DNA of 61,548 nucleotides, the filler included, from Choristocarpus tenellus KU-1152 (taxonomy: Eukaryota > Protista > Phaeophyceae): the NCBI GenBank assembly GCA_964200185.2. It is 9 parts of 9 records of this genome, joined end to end, with 100 filler letters (N's around TTAATTAATTAA, not from the genome) between each part and the next. Parts side by side here need not be neighbours in the genome. Positions count along the whole stretch, not along the records: positions 22,122 to 31,549 come from CAXNAD020003680.1; positions 31,650 to 36,050 come from CAXNAD020014718.1; 7 more parts are not named here. One strand, written 5' to 3'. Below are positions 23,881 to 36,150 of the stretch, piece after piece. Each line of letters opens with the position of its first letter. The first letter of the stretch is position 1. The notes under the pieces were generated by a model, which did not search any database, was not told the DNA's origin, and worked only from the letters and a program-made list of their open reading frames with translations. The position numbers were made by a program, and so were the translations under genes.

Positions 23881-26800
23881 GTACCTGGACAGGGTGGCTG
23901 ACAAGGTGGAGGCTATGGGAGGCATCAAATATCTAGTTGTCACTGGGGAAAACAATGCAGAAGGTATAGAAAATACCATATACATAACCCTTAGGGGTTG
24001 CATGTAAGTGTGTGTAAGTGCAGAGTTCTATGTGCCTAGGTTGCTCGAATTGTATTGCTTACATACAGCACAACATGGTAAATCTGTTGAGGACACGGTA
24101 GGTGATGCTTGGAACACGTGGTATTCCAGTAGCATAGAGAGATACATCATACAAAAAGGAACAATTCAGCCAATAGAACTTCCTGATTGTCAGACTTATC
24201 AAATAGTATGCGCTCACCCGTTGGACACTTGTTAAATAAAGTATCATTACATTAAAACTGTGGGAACGGTGTTGTCAATCTGTTGCAGTGGGAGGGGATT
24301 AAACTCCATACTTCAAGTAGGTGTGGTTATTTCATTTGCATACATACGCAGGAAGGCGTTTCTGCATCTGCTAACAGCCATTTGTGTGTTATTGTCTGTG
24401 TTCATCCAGATATCTATCCCTCTCCTCATTTGCTGTTGCTATCAATGTTGTCATTTAACAGGGCATGAGAAGTGGAAGAAACGCTTCCCAGGGATGATTA
24501 GAATAATCCACCGGAATGACATTACTGGGTATACTCAAATGATGGAGGAGAAGCTCTCTGATGAAGGACCGTGGTCCCTGGTGGTCCCAGAGGAGTCTGG
24601 GCCGAAGACAGGCTATGTCACAGGGGAAACAGGTAAGTTTCATTCTGTCCATCACACAACAGACACATGGGCACCGCCACCTTCAACCAAAATTGTTGCC
24701 TGACTTGATTTTGTGCACTTTTTACTACATGGGGAGTACGTGTTTGGATCTGTTAGTTGATACCCACATCGCAATATGGGTATACTAATATGGTGCTCAA
24801 GGTACTTGAAAGTAAATGCTCTGGTCTCTTGCAAAGGAGACCTTCCCATTTAGTATGTGACGGAATTTTATCTGGATAAAGGGCGTTGCAGAGGAAATGG
24901 CCATGGGCAGTGGAATTGTTTGGCTCTCAATCATATTTGCAGATATTGAACACTATGGAGCCAACCGGTTTGAGCAGTTGTTGGGTAGCACACTTTTGTG
25001 GGCACATACAATGGATCTTTTTTTCTTTTTTCTTTTAAGCTTTTTTCTTTGTTTATTGTTTATTGTTTATTGTTTATTTCCTCTGACCAAACTAATGCTT
25101 AGGGTACAAGAAATACGTTGCATGTAGGCCGCCTGCAAAATAGCGTTTTTTGAGTAATCGATGGCAGGCGTTGTTCTCTTCAAATGTTATGGGATGTGTG
25201 GGCCTGAGTGTTTACTGAGCAAATGGATTACAGTGCAGATTACGCTGAGCTTTGGCCTGGTAACAGTTGTTAAGTGTTTTGCTGGTGTTGTACAATGGAT
25301 GTAGAGCAGATGGACTAAAGCTTTTTATTGGCAGTAAGTACTGTACAGCAACCAACCTCTGCCAATTGTCCTGGTAAGAGATGTTACAGAGCAAAAGGGT
25401 TCGTGTTGGTACTGAAGGAATACTGAAGGAATACACCATGACAATTAAACCGGCTTCTTTTTTTTTTCAATTAATCCGTTTTTGACTGTCAGTCCACGAG
25501 TCACAACGCGTGCAAGGTGTGAGTAGGTTTAGTTACCAAATGGAAAAATGGTGTGTGGTGCCCTGAGGCAAAAAGGTTTAAAGCCTCCACAGGTCTCAGC
25601 AGGTAGGTCCAAAGGAAAGCCGAGAACAGTGATGTGTGTGTTGAGTTGGTTGTAGTGACACCTTCTGATGAGTGTGTGACTCTGTGACAAATGGCCATGT
25701 TTAGTGTTCACGGTGATGTTCGTACTGTGATGAAAATAATAGTTGAATAGTCGAACTGAAGGCGTTTGGATCGTTGCCATGCACAACACCAAAATCAGTC
25801 CTATTATATGATGTCATCGTGTATATTGGAGGTTATGGGTTGAAAGAGGCTGAAGATGTTTTGGTAATCCTGATTTGTTGCGTTTTTGTGTTTTCTGGTG
25901 TGTGAATAAGTAATATTGTCATTGGTGAGAATGTTTATTCTAACTCATGTTTATTCTAACTCATGCAGATATGTACGTAACAACAGAAAGGTAACGTTGT
26001 TAGCATATCGAAATAGTTTCATGTAGCCAAAAATTGAAGGAGCATTTTGCTTCTAATGCAAAAAAATGTTTTCAGACTTTTTTTCTTTTTTCTTCAATTT
26101 TATCATTGTTTTCTTCGTCCGCCCGGCTCTTTTCTAGCTCGTTTTGATTTCAATCCAGAGGATGCTACAGCGACTGGTGATCCGTCAGTTACTCTGGTGT
26201 ATCTTCCCGGCCAGACTGTGGGCTCATTGGGTGTCCTCTACTCTCCCACTGGGGAGAAGGGCAGTGAAGGCAAGAGGGTCACTGCCCTCTTCAGTGGGGG
26301 GAGTGTGGGTTTTTCATTGGAAGACCAGGTCAGGCCAGAGGACTCACCACCTTTTAATGCAAATGGCTCTTTGTGTCCTCTATGCTTGTATATTCACTTG
26401 ATAATTAGAAATCCAAGCCTCAATTATTATTTTTTTAATGGAATGCGATGAGTTTTATGTACAAGTTATTTGTACACAAGATTGGAGGACAGCTGGGGTG
26501 GGCAGGGGAGAAATTTTATAGTTGGATATTGACATGGCCGTGAGGTGGAGCTCTAGAGGGGCATGCATCGTATGAAAGCAATATTTGTGCCCAATGTATT
26601 CTGCATATGATGTACTCCACTTTTTTCACCAATGGGTGCATTTTTTTGCATACCTGTCCTAGAGCCATGCCTGAGGGCCCTCGAGCCATGTATGTAAACG
26701 AATCTACCTTACCACTGATAGTATTAACATATTTTTTTATTAGTGCTAGCATTTTTCTTATGTGTTTTGATTCCATCTGGTTCTGCCCATGGGGTGTTTG

Positions 26801-29068
26801 AAATTTTAAAAATGCAGGATGTGTATGTTTTGGGTATAGTCCATGTTGTCACCTTTTCAGAGCAACAGGTGGTTTGTAGTTCATAATGCTGAGTTATCTC
26901 GATGAAAACAGAATATTTTGTTCACATTTTTTGTGGCAGACAGGGTGCAGTATTGTGGGTATATGAAAATGTCCACCTTGACTGAATTTCTCTGTTGAGC
27001 ATAAATTTGAAACGTTTGTGTGGTAGGGTGTAAGTTCACAGGATGTTATCAGATCATATGTTTGTTATTTTCATGAGGATGTTGCAAGACCCCATTATGA
27101 TCTTATCATTACATTTCGGGAAAATCTGACTTAGTGTACCTATAAAAATACTGTATTTTTTCCTGCCCTGGAAAAGCTGTTTGAACTGATGCTGAACAGA
27201 GGGAGTGTGTTTAAGGAACCTGGACAACTAATCTATCACACTTGATGGCAGTTGCTTTATCCACCTGTAACCAGCTGTCAGCAACAACCTGCATCTGTAG
27301 TGATGTAATGGGCGTGTTCTAGTTGTTTACTATTGACACATGTCCTGAATGAACAGTTGGTCACAAGAAAAGCAAAAGTTGGGTTTTTTAGACAAAGACT
27401 TTGAGTCCAAAACTAGGCGCAAGAGTTACCGTTTTCAGTATTTCCAAGGCACATTTTGGTGCAAGCAGTTGCGAATTTTCGTAGTATTTGTATTTTCAGG
27501 CAAACAAGCAGGTGAATATTTGTGCCATCTTCAGACTGGTATTAGAAAGAAATCGTTGCCTTTTTGATACGAGATGGATAAGCAATGAGTGTTAGTACAT
27601 ACTCGACAATCTATATATGTATATGATGTATTTGCAGATGATTTATACACACATCCTTCGGCCTGCCTACTTTTTTTGGGGGAGTCCAACTGAACAGAGC
27701 ATGAGAGAAGTCACTGATGTGTGGAAAGGGGGGCAAAAAATGATAAAACCATAACATCCCTTGCAAGTATGCTTTGACATTGTACTTCAAGAGCAAAGGA
27801 GTTTGTTGTTGGTAGTTTGTTGTTGGTGGGCCGATGAACGCCTTTTTATCTGCCTCCATTCTCTGTGGTTAGATCTTGGAAGTCATAGACATAGGATGCC
27901 AAGTCCTTTATCCCATACTGTCAGCACTTGGTTTCCACATTCTCATTCCCGGTTTGTATCTCCCCCACATCCACCCTCCTTTACCCTTTTCATTAGAGAT
28001 TGGATGGGTTCTCTAAGAATCCCTTGGGTTTGGGGGAACAAGCGGCATCCCTTCGTCGGCTGACTAAGGTGGGCACAAGAAGAATTTATACTATGAATAA
28101 TCCATGGTTCTAATGGTAATCACAGGTGTGTTGTAGGTGAGGGTGAAGGATTACCAAGTCTTATTCTTTGCTCTTATATACAGCTGATACTCTATACTTG
28201 TAGGGTGCTGTTGTTGGTGCAGTAGCACTGTTTACAAAAGGTTACTATGCAGTGTATGTTTTCGTCTCTGGTGTACTGCAACTGGAAAGGGTATAGGGTG
28301 ACCCAAATCCCAGCCAACGGCAGTACTGGCAATGTGATGCTAGAAATGTTGGCAGTGTGTGTGCTACTATTATTGTTATAATCTCGATATTTTTTGTTTG
28401 CGTCCCACCCTTTATATACCTATCTAGACCCTCCTCCCTTGTCACCGAAAAGAAGCAGGCATGTGCCCATGATGCTTTATTTTTTGTCCTATGTTTTAGA
28501 CCACTTTATGCCCTATACATACCTTTATCTGACACTTGTCTGTTGAACATCAGCCCTTCATGTTGCCATAGTGTTACTTGCCCTGGGAAAAATGCGATCA
28601 TCTCATTTGGTGTGATTGTCACCCCTCCCATTGCTTGTGCTTGATTCTTTAGCCACATAACTCTATTCTGTTCACAGCCTCACACAAGTGGAATTCCAAT
28701 GTGAGTATTATGTGGACTCTTTTGAGGTTCAATTTATATATTTTGTGTATGGACCCTTCTTACAAAAACACTCTTAAATTGATGTATGGATATATTTATA
28801 TATATATATATATACCTCCAACATGCCATTATGAAAAACAGGAAGAACTTAATCCCATTTCCATAGATGAGACGTGTGTAAAGTAGTCTGATCACATACG
28901 TTGCAAACGTGCACAAACATGCAGGAAGATTTCCAATGCATACTCCCTGGGTGGGGAGCGCCAATGCAGTTCAGCTCTGCTGATGAGAAAGTGTCAATGT
29001 TGATGGAAGCTGCTGATGTCCTGCAGGAAAGTGCAACTGGAATGCCCTCACTTGATGAGTTGCTTTGA
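23881..29068 (+). CDS. Metallo-beta-lactamase-fold protein with degenerate metal site, 5'-partial; exons 23881-23963, 24462-24632, 26138(or 26159)-26328, 27997-28068, 28925-29068
   Basis: Five phase-compatible GT-AG exons: YLDRVADKVEAMGGIKYLVVTGENNAEGHEKWKKRFPGMIRIIHRNDI...LVYLPGQTVGSLGVLY...ALFSGGSVGFSLEDQRLDGFSKNPLGLGEQAASLRRLTKEDFQCILPGWGAP...ELL*. This is colinear with the cyanobacterial/plant ferredoxin-fused MBL family as I recall it (GGIRYMYLTHRDDVADH..RILH..D; PGHTKG; LFTGDH; EQIKSMRKL..FEWVLPGHG). Confidence 0.8.
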
Positions 29069-31046
29069 AGACAGAAATAGCACTGAGTTCTTGAGCCTCT
29101 GCTGTCACTTCCAGTCAGCATAATGGTTTTTGTTGCCGTGAGGGAGTAAAGGATTGGTTGGTTAGGTGAGTATTACTCTTTGGCATTTTCTGATTGTTGT
29201 GGAACACGATGGAAAATTTTGATGCATGTGATACCCCCCAGGACAATCCACTGCTAATATCATTTAGATGTGATACATTACACAACTGCATTGTTGGGTG
29301 GGTGATGTGAAGTCAGCAGGGGTGACAGACTGGGAGTAGACTCTTATGATGATGTAATACACTCTTTATTGAGTAGTAGGGAAAATACTCCCACATGCCA
29401 AAGCATCCTAGAGAGGGGTGCCGTTGAGTGTAAGAGTCCTTGTGTCGATTCTGTGATTGCGTAGATAAGCGTTCATCCCCTTCTACTGCGACAGTCTACT
29501 GGTGGGGGGATTGGCCAGATTTCGGGCAGGAGAATGGAGGTGATAGGCAGAAGATTTTTTGAGTCCCTTACACTCACCTCTAGGATCCTATGGCTCAAAT
29601 GCACGTGATAATACTACGCTTACTACATGTATTATATTGCAAAGAGAGGAATATTTATTGATAGTTGTGTGCCTACATGTGTCATTGTTTTTTCGTGAGA
29701 TCAGTCTGAGGAGTTCCAAACTTGTCGTCAAGAGGTAGTTTGAGTGAAACTGAAAATGGTGTTTTGTCCTGTGTGTCGGTTTTGTAACACTAGCCCACCC
29801 CAGGAGTGACTATCACTCTTAGCCTCTGACCAATTTACCAATACTATCAGAAGAGGGATAAGAAGCTGCAAAGTCTATGTATCCTCAACACAGTGCCCAC
29901 CAAAACAAGCAAAGTATTTCCCGGAACCTCACTTCCAACTACTCAACCTAACATTGACAATCCTGCAGTGTGAAGACTATCTCCCTGTGAGCACCAGTCA
30001 GAAAGTTAGGACAGTAACACATTGGCACCTCTTGTTTCGAGATCAGAGTCAACTTTTAACAACCAGAGTGAGATTTTTTGCTTTTAGATTTGAAGAGGAT
30101 ATAATTTTTTGTGGTAGAGGAAAACGTATGCACAACAAACGGGGGGTTTTGTATTGATTTGTTCTGCACACTTGGCGTATATATATAAATGGGTACATGA
30201 TGCATCCAAGCAAAAAATAAATTGTATGAATGATTTGGGAATACTACCACTACGTACAGCAAGGATGGTACAAATTCGAGGAAGAAGAATATATACTCCA
30301 GAGTACATATTGTAAAGTAAGTCACACACCAATGTATCCTAATGGTACTAGACAAATTAAGCACAAGAAGACATGATACATCATAGTACATACTCAGGAG
30401 TACATATATACAACCCGGATGCAAATTACACCCCAATCCACCTTGGACGACACAGTGCAAATCAAGGGGTGCTGTTGGGCACATGCCACCTCTTGCGGTT
30501 GGCTTAAAGGATATCTATTTTAGGTTGTTCACAGGGGTTCTGAGGTTGTAGAAGCATACACCATGAGAGGTGCTTGTAGCCCCTTCTGGTGCATGCATTT
30601 TCCTACCAAATTCCTTGACAGTGCGCACCTTGAGATACTGTCTCTCCTCATCTGCCACCCAGAATACAATGTTTACACCGTACTCCTATCCTGCCAATCC
30701 AAGAACTCCTTCATGGGATTGCACATATCAGCAAGAAGTCTGATGTTGATCTATGGAATCATTGGACTGTCCATGGCAGATTTACCATGTTGTTCTTCCT
30801 TCCCCTCAGAAGTTTCAAATCTATTGAGGACAGCCCTCTCCTTGTGTACCTGTCAATGGCACCGCATGTTATGTAGTACACTATTACGGAAGTGATATTC
30901 AAGATTAAAAAAAAATACTTATCTTGTGCTATATTTCTAGTTACACAACAAATTATGGAACCCAAGATACGTTCCGTTTTAGTCCAAATTTGGACAAAAT
31001 ATCTCAGCCCCACCAAGTAGACTAGAGGCCTTCAATCCTCTCTAAA

Positions 31047-31303
31047 GTCTGTACAGGCCTATTCATCCCATGAAATATATTTGGAATGAAGACTGACGCC
31101 CTAATGCATCCATTGAGCTATAGTAACATGTCTGGTTCACAATACAGCATGCAATAGGGTGCTAGAGGCATTTAATCCAAAGTAAAATCTGTACAGGTCT
31201 ACTCATCCCGTGAAATATACTTGGAATGAAAGCTAACGTCCTAACGCATCCATTAAGCTGTAGTAACATGTTTGGTTCACAACATAGCATGCAATAGGGT
31301 GCT
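31047..31303. repeat. Direct tandem duplication, about 140-bp unit, 2 diverged copies
   Basis: tctgtacaggcctattcatcccatgaaatatatttggaatgaag...gcatgcaatagggtgct occurs twice. Confidence 0.8.
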
Positions 31304-32357
31304 TATCCTTAGAGGGGGGGAACCAAGTCTGTTTTGGGGGGTATTATTGTTTTCATATTGACACTATTGTTTTACTTGTTCATGATGTGAAACCAATGCC
31401 ATTGGAATGCTTATATATACAGGACTCGTATGGTATATTTTGGTGGCTTAGTCGATTCGGTTGGCAGTGCAGAAGAGTCAAAGTATCTTAGAGGGTAGGC
31501 TCTTACTCTTAAATGGTTTAAGCAGTTTCAATTCTTTTCCATTTTTGACNNNNNNNNNNNNNNNNNNNNNNNNNNNNNNNNNNNNNNNNNNNNTTAATTA
31601 ATTAANNNNNNNNNNNNNNNNNNNNNNNNNNNNNNNNNNNNNNNNNNNNAAAGTATCGGGGGGTGTGGTGGTTTGTGAGGGGGCACCTGTTTCGGTCAAA
31701 TAACCTTTTTTGCCAACATTTCAAATTCGACACTTGCAATCAAATCACACCAAAAAAGCAAAAATCGAAAAAAGGGTGAAAAACGGATGTCAACACCCCC
31801 CCCCACAGATATTTCGAGGCAGGTTCCAATACTTTGCATATCCTGCGTTTTTATCTCAGTGTTACTAATGATGTGTAGATACAAGGTATGAAATTGTGGA
31901 AGGTCCAAAGCACTCTGAATTGTTCCCAAACATTTGGATCGTGTTTTAAGGAGGTACTACTTGTATTGCTATGTAGCCGCAGTGGCATCATTAGAGACCA
32001 AGAGGGTGATTCCTACCTGTTGAATTTTATACCATAGTAACTCCTGATCTTACAAAGTACAGCCTCTTTGTAATTCTCATCAGTCAAGAATGTTGAATCC
32101 ATTATCTAGTACCCATTTTTGGCACTGCCATTTCTCATTGTAGTATCTTGTTGATTTGGGGGTCTGAGAGTGGGTCTGGTGTCGTAATATTGTCTAGATG
32201 ATTGATTGGTCAACCTATGGTTGCTACAAAGGATAGAAACTATATTTGATGTCTCACAGAAATACGACCATCATACTGGTGTTCCACCACTCCTGTCAAC
32301 AATCTCCCTCCCCCACTCCTAATGCCCTGCTCCGCCTTCTACTGTGAAATTGTGCAG

Positions 32358-34206
32358 TACCTTCCAGCTTTTCATGTCATCCNNNNNNNNNNCACTTGCT
32401 GATCACCTGGTGGATGTCAGTCCTAGTCGAAGGGATGAAATTAGGAGCTTCCTCACTGAACGATTTGCAACAAATCATGACTTAGAACACAAGGTGTGTA
32501 TTGTTTACTTTTGTGAGTGCAGGAGTATTTCATAGTAATCAGACATTAAGCAGGCTCTTGCCCTGTATGTTTAGTTTGTTTTTCCTACCCTTGCCATGTA
32601 TCATACATCATACACATGTGTGATAGGTCTAGAGAGATGTGAGTGAAAGTATCTTAGAGGGTACGAGCTATTCCCTGTATGTCCATTTGGGGCTTGACTT
32701 CCCACAGATTTTCAATGACATTTTGCCTACTCCAAAATATTTTGGAATAGGTAAAAAGTGTACGTTATGAAAAGGTGTGTCCAAAACAAGGATATTGACA
32801 CTTCCAAACAAACATCGTAGCCAAAATTACATCAAAATTGCAACATTGGATTTTGTCTCTCAAATGGATGCGGCCCTACCCTCTAAGATACTTTGACTTA
32901 ATCTTTGTTGTGACAAAGGTCAGAATAGCTGGAGAAACAATTCTTTGTACTAGGTAGTACTACTGATGAGAAAAGTGCGGTTGTTTCTGCCAAAGTTTTT
33001 GGTTGAAAACCACTCATTTTGCTCAGATGTTTCTGACTCACTGCAAAGGTTCCCTAAGCGTTTAATGAATTTTACTTGTGGTGTGTGTAAGACTTCGATT
33101 GAGTTCGAGGGGACTTTGAGGAGCGTGAAGGGCAAACACATTCTTCCGACTTATCGTGATACGAATACACTTCTATTGGTATATATGTTGGTTTTTCTAT
33201 GCATGTTCATTGCCCCTCTCAATCTTGGTTTGATTTCATATGACATCTCGCGTTTTTTTGTGCTTTAATATTTCAACTATTCCCTGCCTTAGCACTGCAT
33301 ACAAAGGATTCTTCTGCATCAGTGGGGGCTGATTTTGATTCTAGTACATTACTTTCTCCTCTTAAACTATCTAAACTAACGAAGATGCATGTGTTGAAGT
33401 CCATCTACCCTATGCCCACCTTCCAAATTCACTACCAGACATTAGTAGTAGTTGGTGTATTTGAAAAATCCTGTGCCAAAATATTGCAGTGAACGATTTA
33501 CATCCGTTTTGACCCTTGTTTCAAAGCCTGCATTGGGTATGTACAGAAACACCACTTCATGATGGCCTTGGCTTCCTTCGTTGACTATGTCTTCTTAGTG
33601 TCTACTGTTGCCGTTCAAATGTTTTGTCTCTTTCTATATTTTTTTTTCCCCAGAAAACGAGTGCATCAACCAGTCACGACATGTATATATCTCCAGAATT
33701 GGAGAAGCAAATCCGAAAGGTGAGTTAGATCTTATCCTTCCTGCTACCGTCATTGATGTCCTAATAAGGTGTGTAGACTTCCCTTAGGCTGTTCATTTTC
33801 TTGGCAGCACTGATTGTGTTTTGAGCACCTATGGTATGACCCTTGACTTTGAAAGGTAATGGAGTTTGACTGTTAGTTTCGATGTCATGTGTAGGGACAC
33901 TGGAGTTGACACACCAGGAGTACATCAGTACCCTGGGACAAGTTGTTGCTCTAGGTCTGGGGTATATATTATTTCTCAAACTGAAGTCTCACCTAAAATT
34001 TTGTAGTTGATGATGTTTTTTATTTTTTGTCTGTATACTTTATGTTTTCATGTATTCTTTCAAAAATTGCATTTCCCTCTCACAACCATTTATGTGACTT
34101 GCTGTCCACTCGAAACACTACCTCCACACCCCCAACTGCTACCTGCAATCTGTTGATCCAACAGATGTACGAGGAAGACTATGACCTGTTAGGTCAATAC
34201 TTCTAG
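32358..34206 (+). CDS. C-terminal part of a probable carbohydrate sulfotransferase (Sulfotransfer_2-like); exons ~32358-32493 (contains a 10-N gap), 33654-33719, 34165-34206
   Basis: Phase-0 exons read ...FLTERFATNHDLEHK|KTSASTSHDMYISPELEKQIRK|MYEEDYDLLGQYF*. The Y.s.el...i..lY..D..l.gY ending is typical of Sulfotransfer_2 proteins. The PAPS-binding motifs are not in the contig. Confidence 0.55.
32641..32899 (-). mobile_element. MITE family A copy in an intron of the sulfotransferase-like gene
   Basis: gagtgaaagtatcttagagggta ... taccctctaagatactttgact; no clean TSD. Confidence 0.8.
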
Positions 34207-36150
34207 CAGAGGTGGAAAACTGTTCACTGGAGGATACACTGAGGAAGGAGTACATGGGAAATAGGGGGTGGGGCATGTCTGAGAAGCTCTTGTAAAATTA
34301 ATGCTCAGTAAATTGCCGTCCATGGCACTTTGATCAACATATAACAAGAGTGTAACAGATGGTTCTTACGTAAAACAAGGGTGTACTTCTTAGTGCTATA
34401 ATTTTTTTGTTGGGGTATCAGCTTTCACAATGACAGATTTGTGCCGTCTAATTTAGACAAAATATACACAAAAACATACGCCTTACCAAGATGGATTGAA
34501 AGGAGTGCTTGCAGTGTATGTTAGAACTGCTCCACAACATGGGAGGACATCAAGCATATGAGAGCATGTCGATCCTATTGTAGTTTTTTCTAACTTTCAG
34601 ATGTTTGTTCTTGGTCGTTTTTTATAGTCAGAACTCTCTATTTTTTTTGGAACCAACTAGGTGCTCCATATTCTGTGTTGTAAGTACATACTATGTCACG
34701 TTACTGGGAATGCACCCAAAATAATTGAACTTGACCATATATATTGTGTAGTCCGGTACAGTATCCTTTGATAATGGATGTGTTAAATCCTCCAAAAATG
34801 TGACATCAAGTATTTTGTGGAGGGGGGGGGAGGGGTCTACACCAAGGTGTCCATTTGTGGCAAAACCAGGAAAAGTGCATGTACATTATCCTTCCGATGC
34901 ATGCAACCAAATCACACAAAAATCTCGACATGAACGAATTGACCCCAAATGGACAGCCGCCACCCCCCTCAGATACTTTGAGCCATTATATACATCCATC
35001 ACTGGAGATGACTCACATGAAAATGGGTTCTTCATGCCAGATCTTTTAGAAATTAGGTTTAGTTTATCAAAGTCTAGTTTACATTTCTGTACTAACCCGC
35101 TGTCTTACAATTTTCATAAAAATTCCAAATATATTCTTGACTTTAGGTCTACAGTATCCTAGAGAGGGGTTCTAATGTCCTTTCGAGCGCTCGGTTAAAT
35201 ATGTTTGTATTTTTTATTATGCCGGGCCTGTTTCTTCTTCTATGCCACGGGGTACACTCTTCCATGAAATTGATGTAGGTTTATCTTCCTCTTGTGTAGT
35301 ATTGTTATTGAAGCTCTTAGACGTATAGTTCACTGGGACAATATGAGTTTTGGTTGTGAAACATTTTGCAAGGCTCACCAGCTAAGCGAAACATGTATTT
35401 TGATCCAATTCCTTTCGTTTATGGGACTGAGGTTGAGCGGGCATGATGAGTAGGAGCAAGAAGGGTGTGAGTACAAAAGTCGGAGTAAGTGGAGGTTAAT
35501 GTTATGGTCATGAATTAGATGTGTACGATTTTGCTGATGTCCAAAAAACACAAAATTTTAGATCTCCCTCTACGTGTACGTGAAAACGATCTGGGTATGA
35601 AACAATGTGTGTAACCCGTCTGAGTGGGAGGACATAGTCCACACACCTTAATTCTACAAGTTTTTCTTCTAGTCTGTCAACTAAGTTATCTTGTGTCCCA
35701 AACGCCTGTACTCACATTGAAGAAACATGCTACTATTTCATCCGTTCAAACATATAAGCCCAGGGTCATTCATTGAGACCCATATAATGAGTGTTCCATA
35801 AAATACCTTTGTGCCATAAGCCTGAGCTGTGTTGTTCATAACTTTTAAACATAATGAAATTCATTTCTGAAAGGAGATTTGGAATCTCTGACGAATTTCT
35901 GGTTAGGGTCAGCTCGTGTTATTATTCCTTCCGATCCATCCCAATTTGATCAGCCACAGAAAAAGTCTCCATGCCTACCTTCAGCATGAGACTCAAATTA
36001 TCTGGGAGGGGGTGGCGGCTGTCCATTTGGGGTCAATTTTTTCATGTCGCNNNNNNNNNNNNNNNNNNNNNNNNNNNNNNNNNNNNNNNNNNNNTTAATT
36101 AATTAANNNNNNNNNNNNNNNNNNNNNNNNNNNNNNNNNNNNNNNNNNNN

